A stretch of 64,000 nucleotides of DNA from Schmidtea nova (lineage: Eukaryota). The position numbers and the translations under genes were made by a program. This document shows, one piece after another, positions 63,976-64,000 of this stretch (its first letter is position 1; every line of letters begins with the position of its first letter). The DNA lies in the NCBI GenBank assembly GCA_044892505.1, contig CM097882.1, positions 381,424,001 through 381,488,000 of the forward strand. Reading direction: 5' to 3'. Under the pieces are notes generated by a model. That model was not told where the DNA came from. It saw nothing but the letters and a program-made list of their open reading frames with translations, and did not search any database.

Positions 63976-64000
63976 GTTTTTTATTTGTTTGTTGTTTGTT

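Overview
This is eukaryotic, very AT-rich, transposon-dense genomic DNA with three assembly gaps; it is not prokaryotic. Small introns of about 40-65 nt sit beside huge TE-filled ones, which is consistent with an animal or parasite genome such as a myxozoan cnidarian (taxon is my inference). Host genes: a 7-exon NudCD3-like gene (22432-27220, +), a 7-exon TFIIE-alpha gene (36581-59790, +) whose introns 3 and 4 (about 16 kb and 5.8 kb) are packed with TEs, and an unidentified divergent gene (about 20.6-21.7 kb, -). Mobile DNA: Penelope-like GIY-YIG remnants, hAT, piggyBac, mariner, pogo/Tigger and Ty3/Gypsy fragments, MITEs, and a 10-bp-monomer satellite. Most interesting observations: (1) a repeated minimal hammerhead ribozyme with a U3:A8 core variant in Penelope tails, which form long palindromes where one arm has lost catalytic G12; (2) an unclassified dispersed element family (5 copies) with a small coiled-coil/Arg-rich ORF, a covarying 3' hairpin and CTAG/CTAA|T ends, one copy carrying a TAG-CAGTTA readthrough context; (3) a CDP-diacylglycerol synthase fragment inserted in a hAT element and forming one open ORF with transposase core sequence. 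All homology calls come from recognising motifs by eye; no database search was run.
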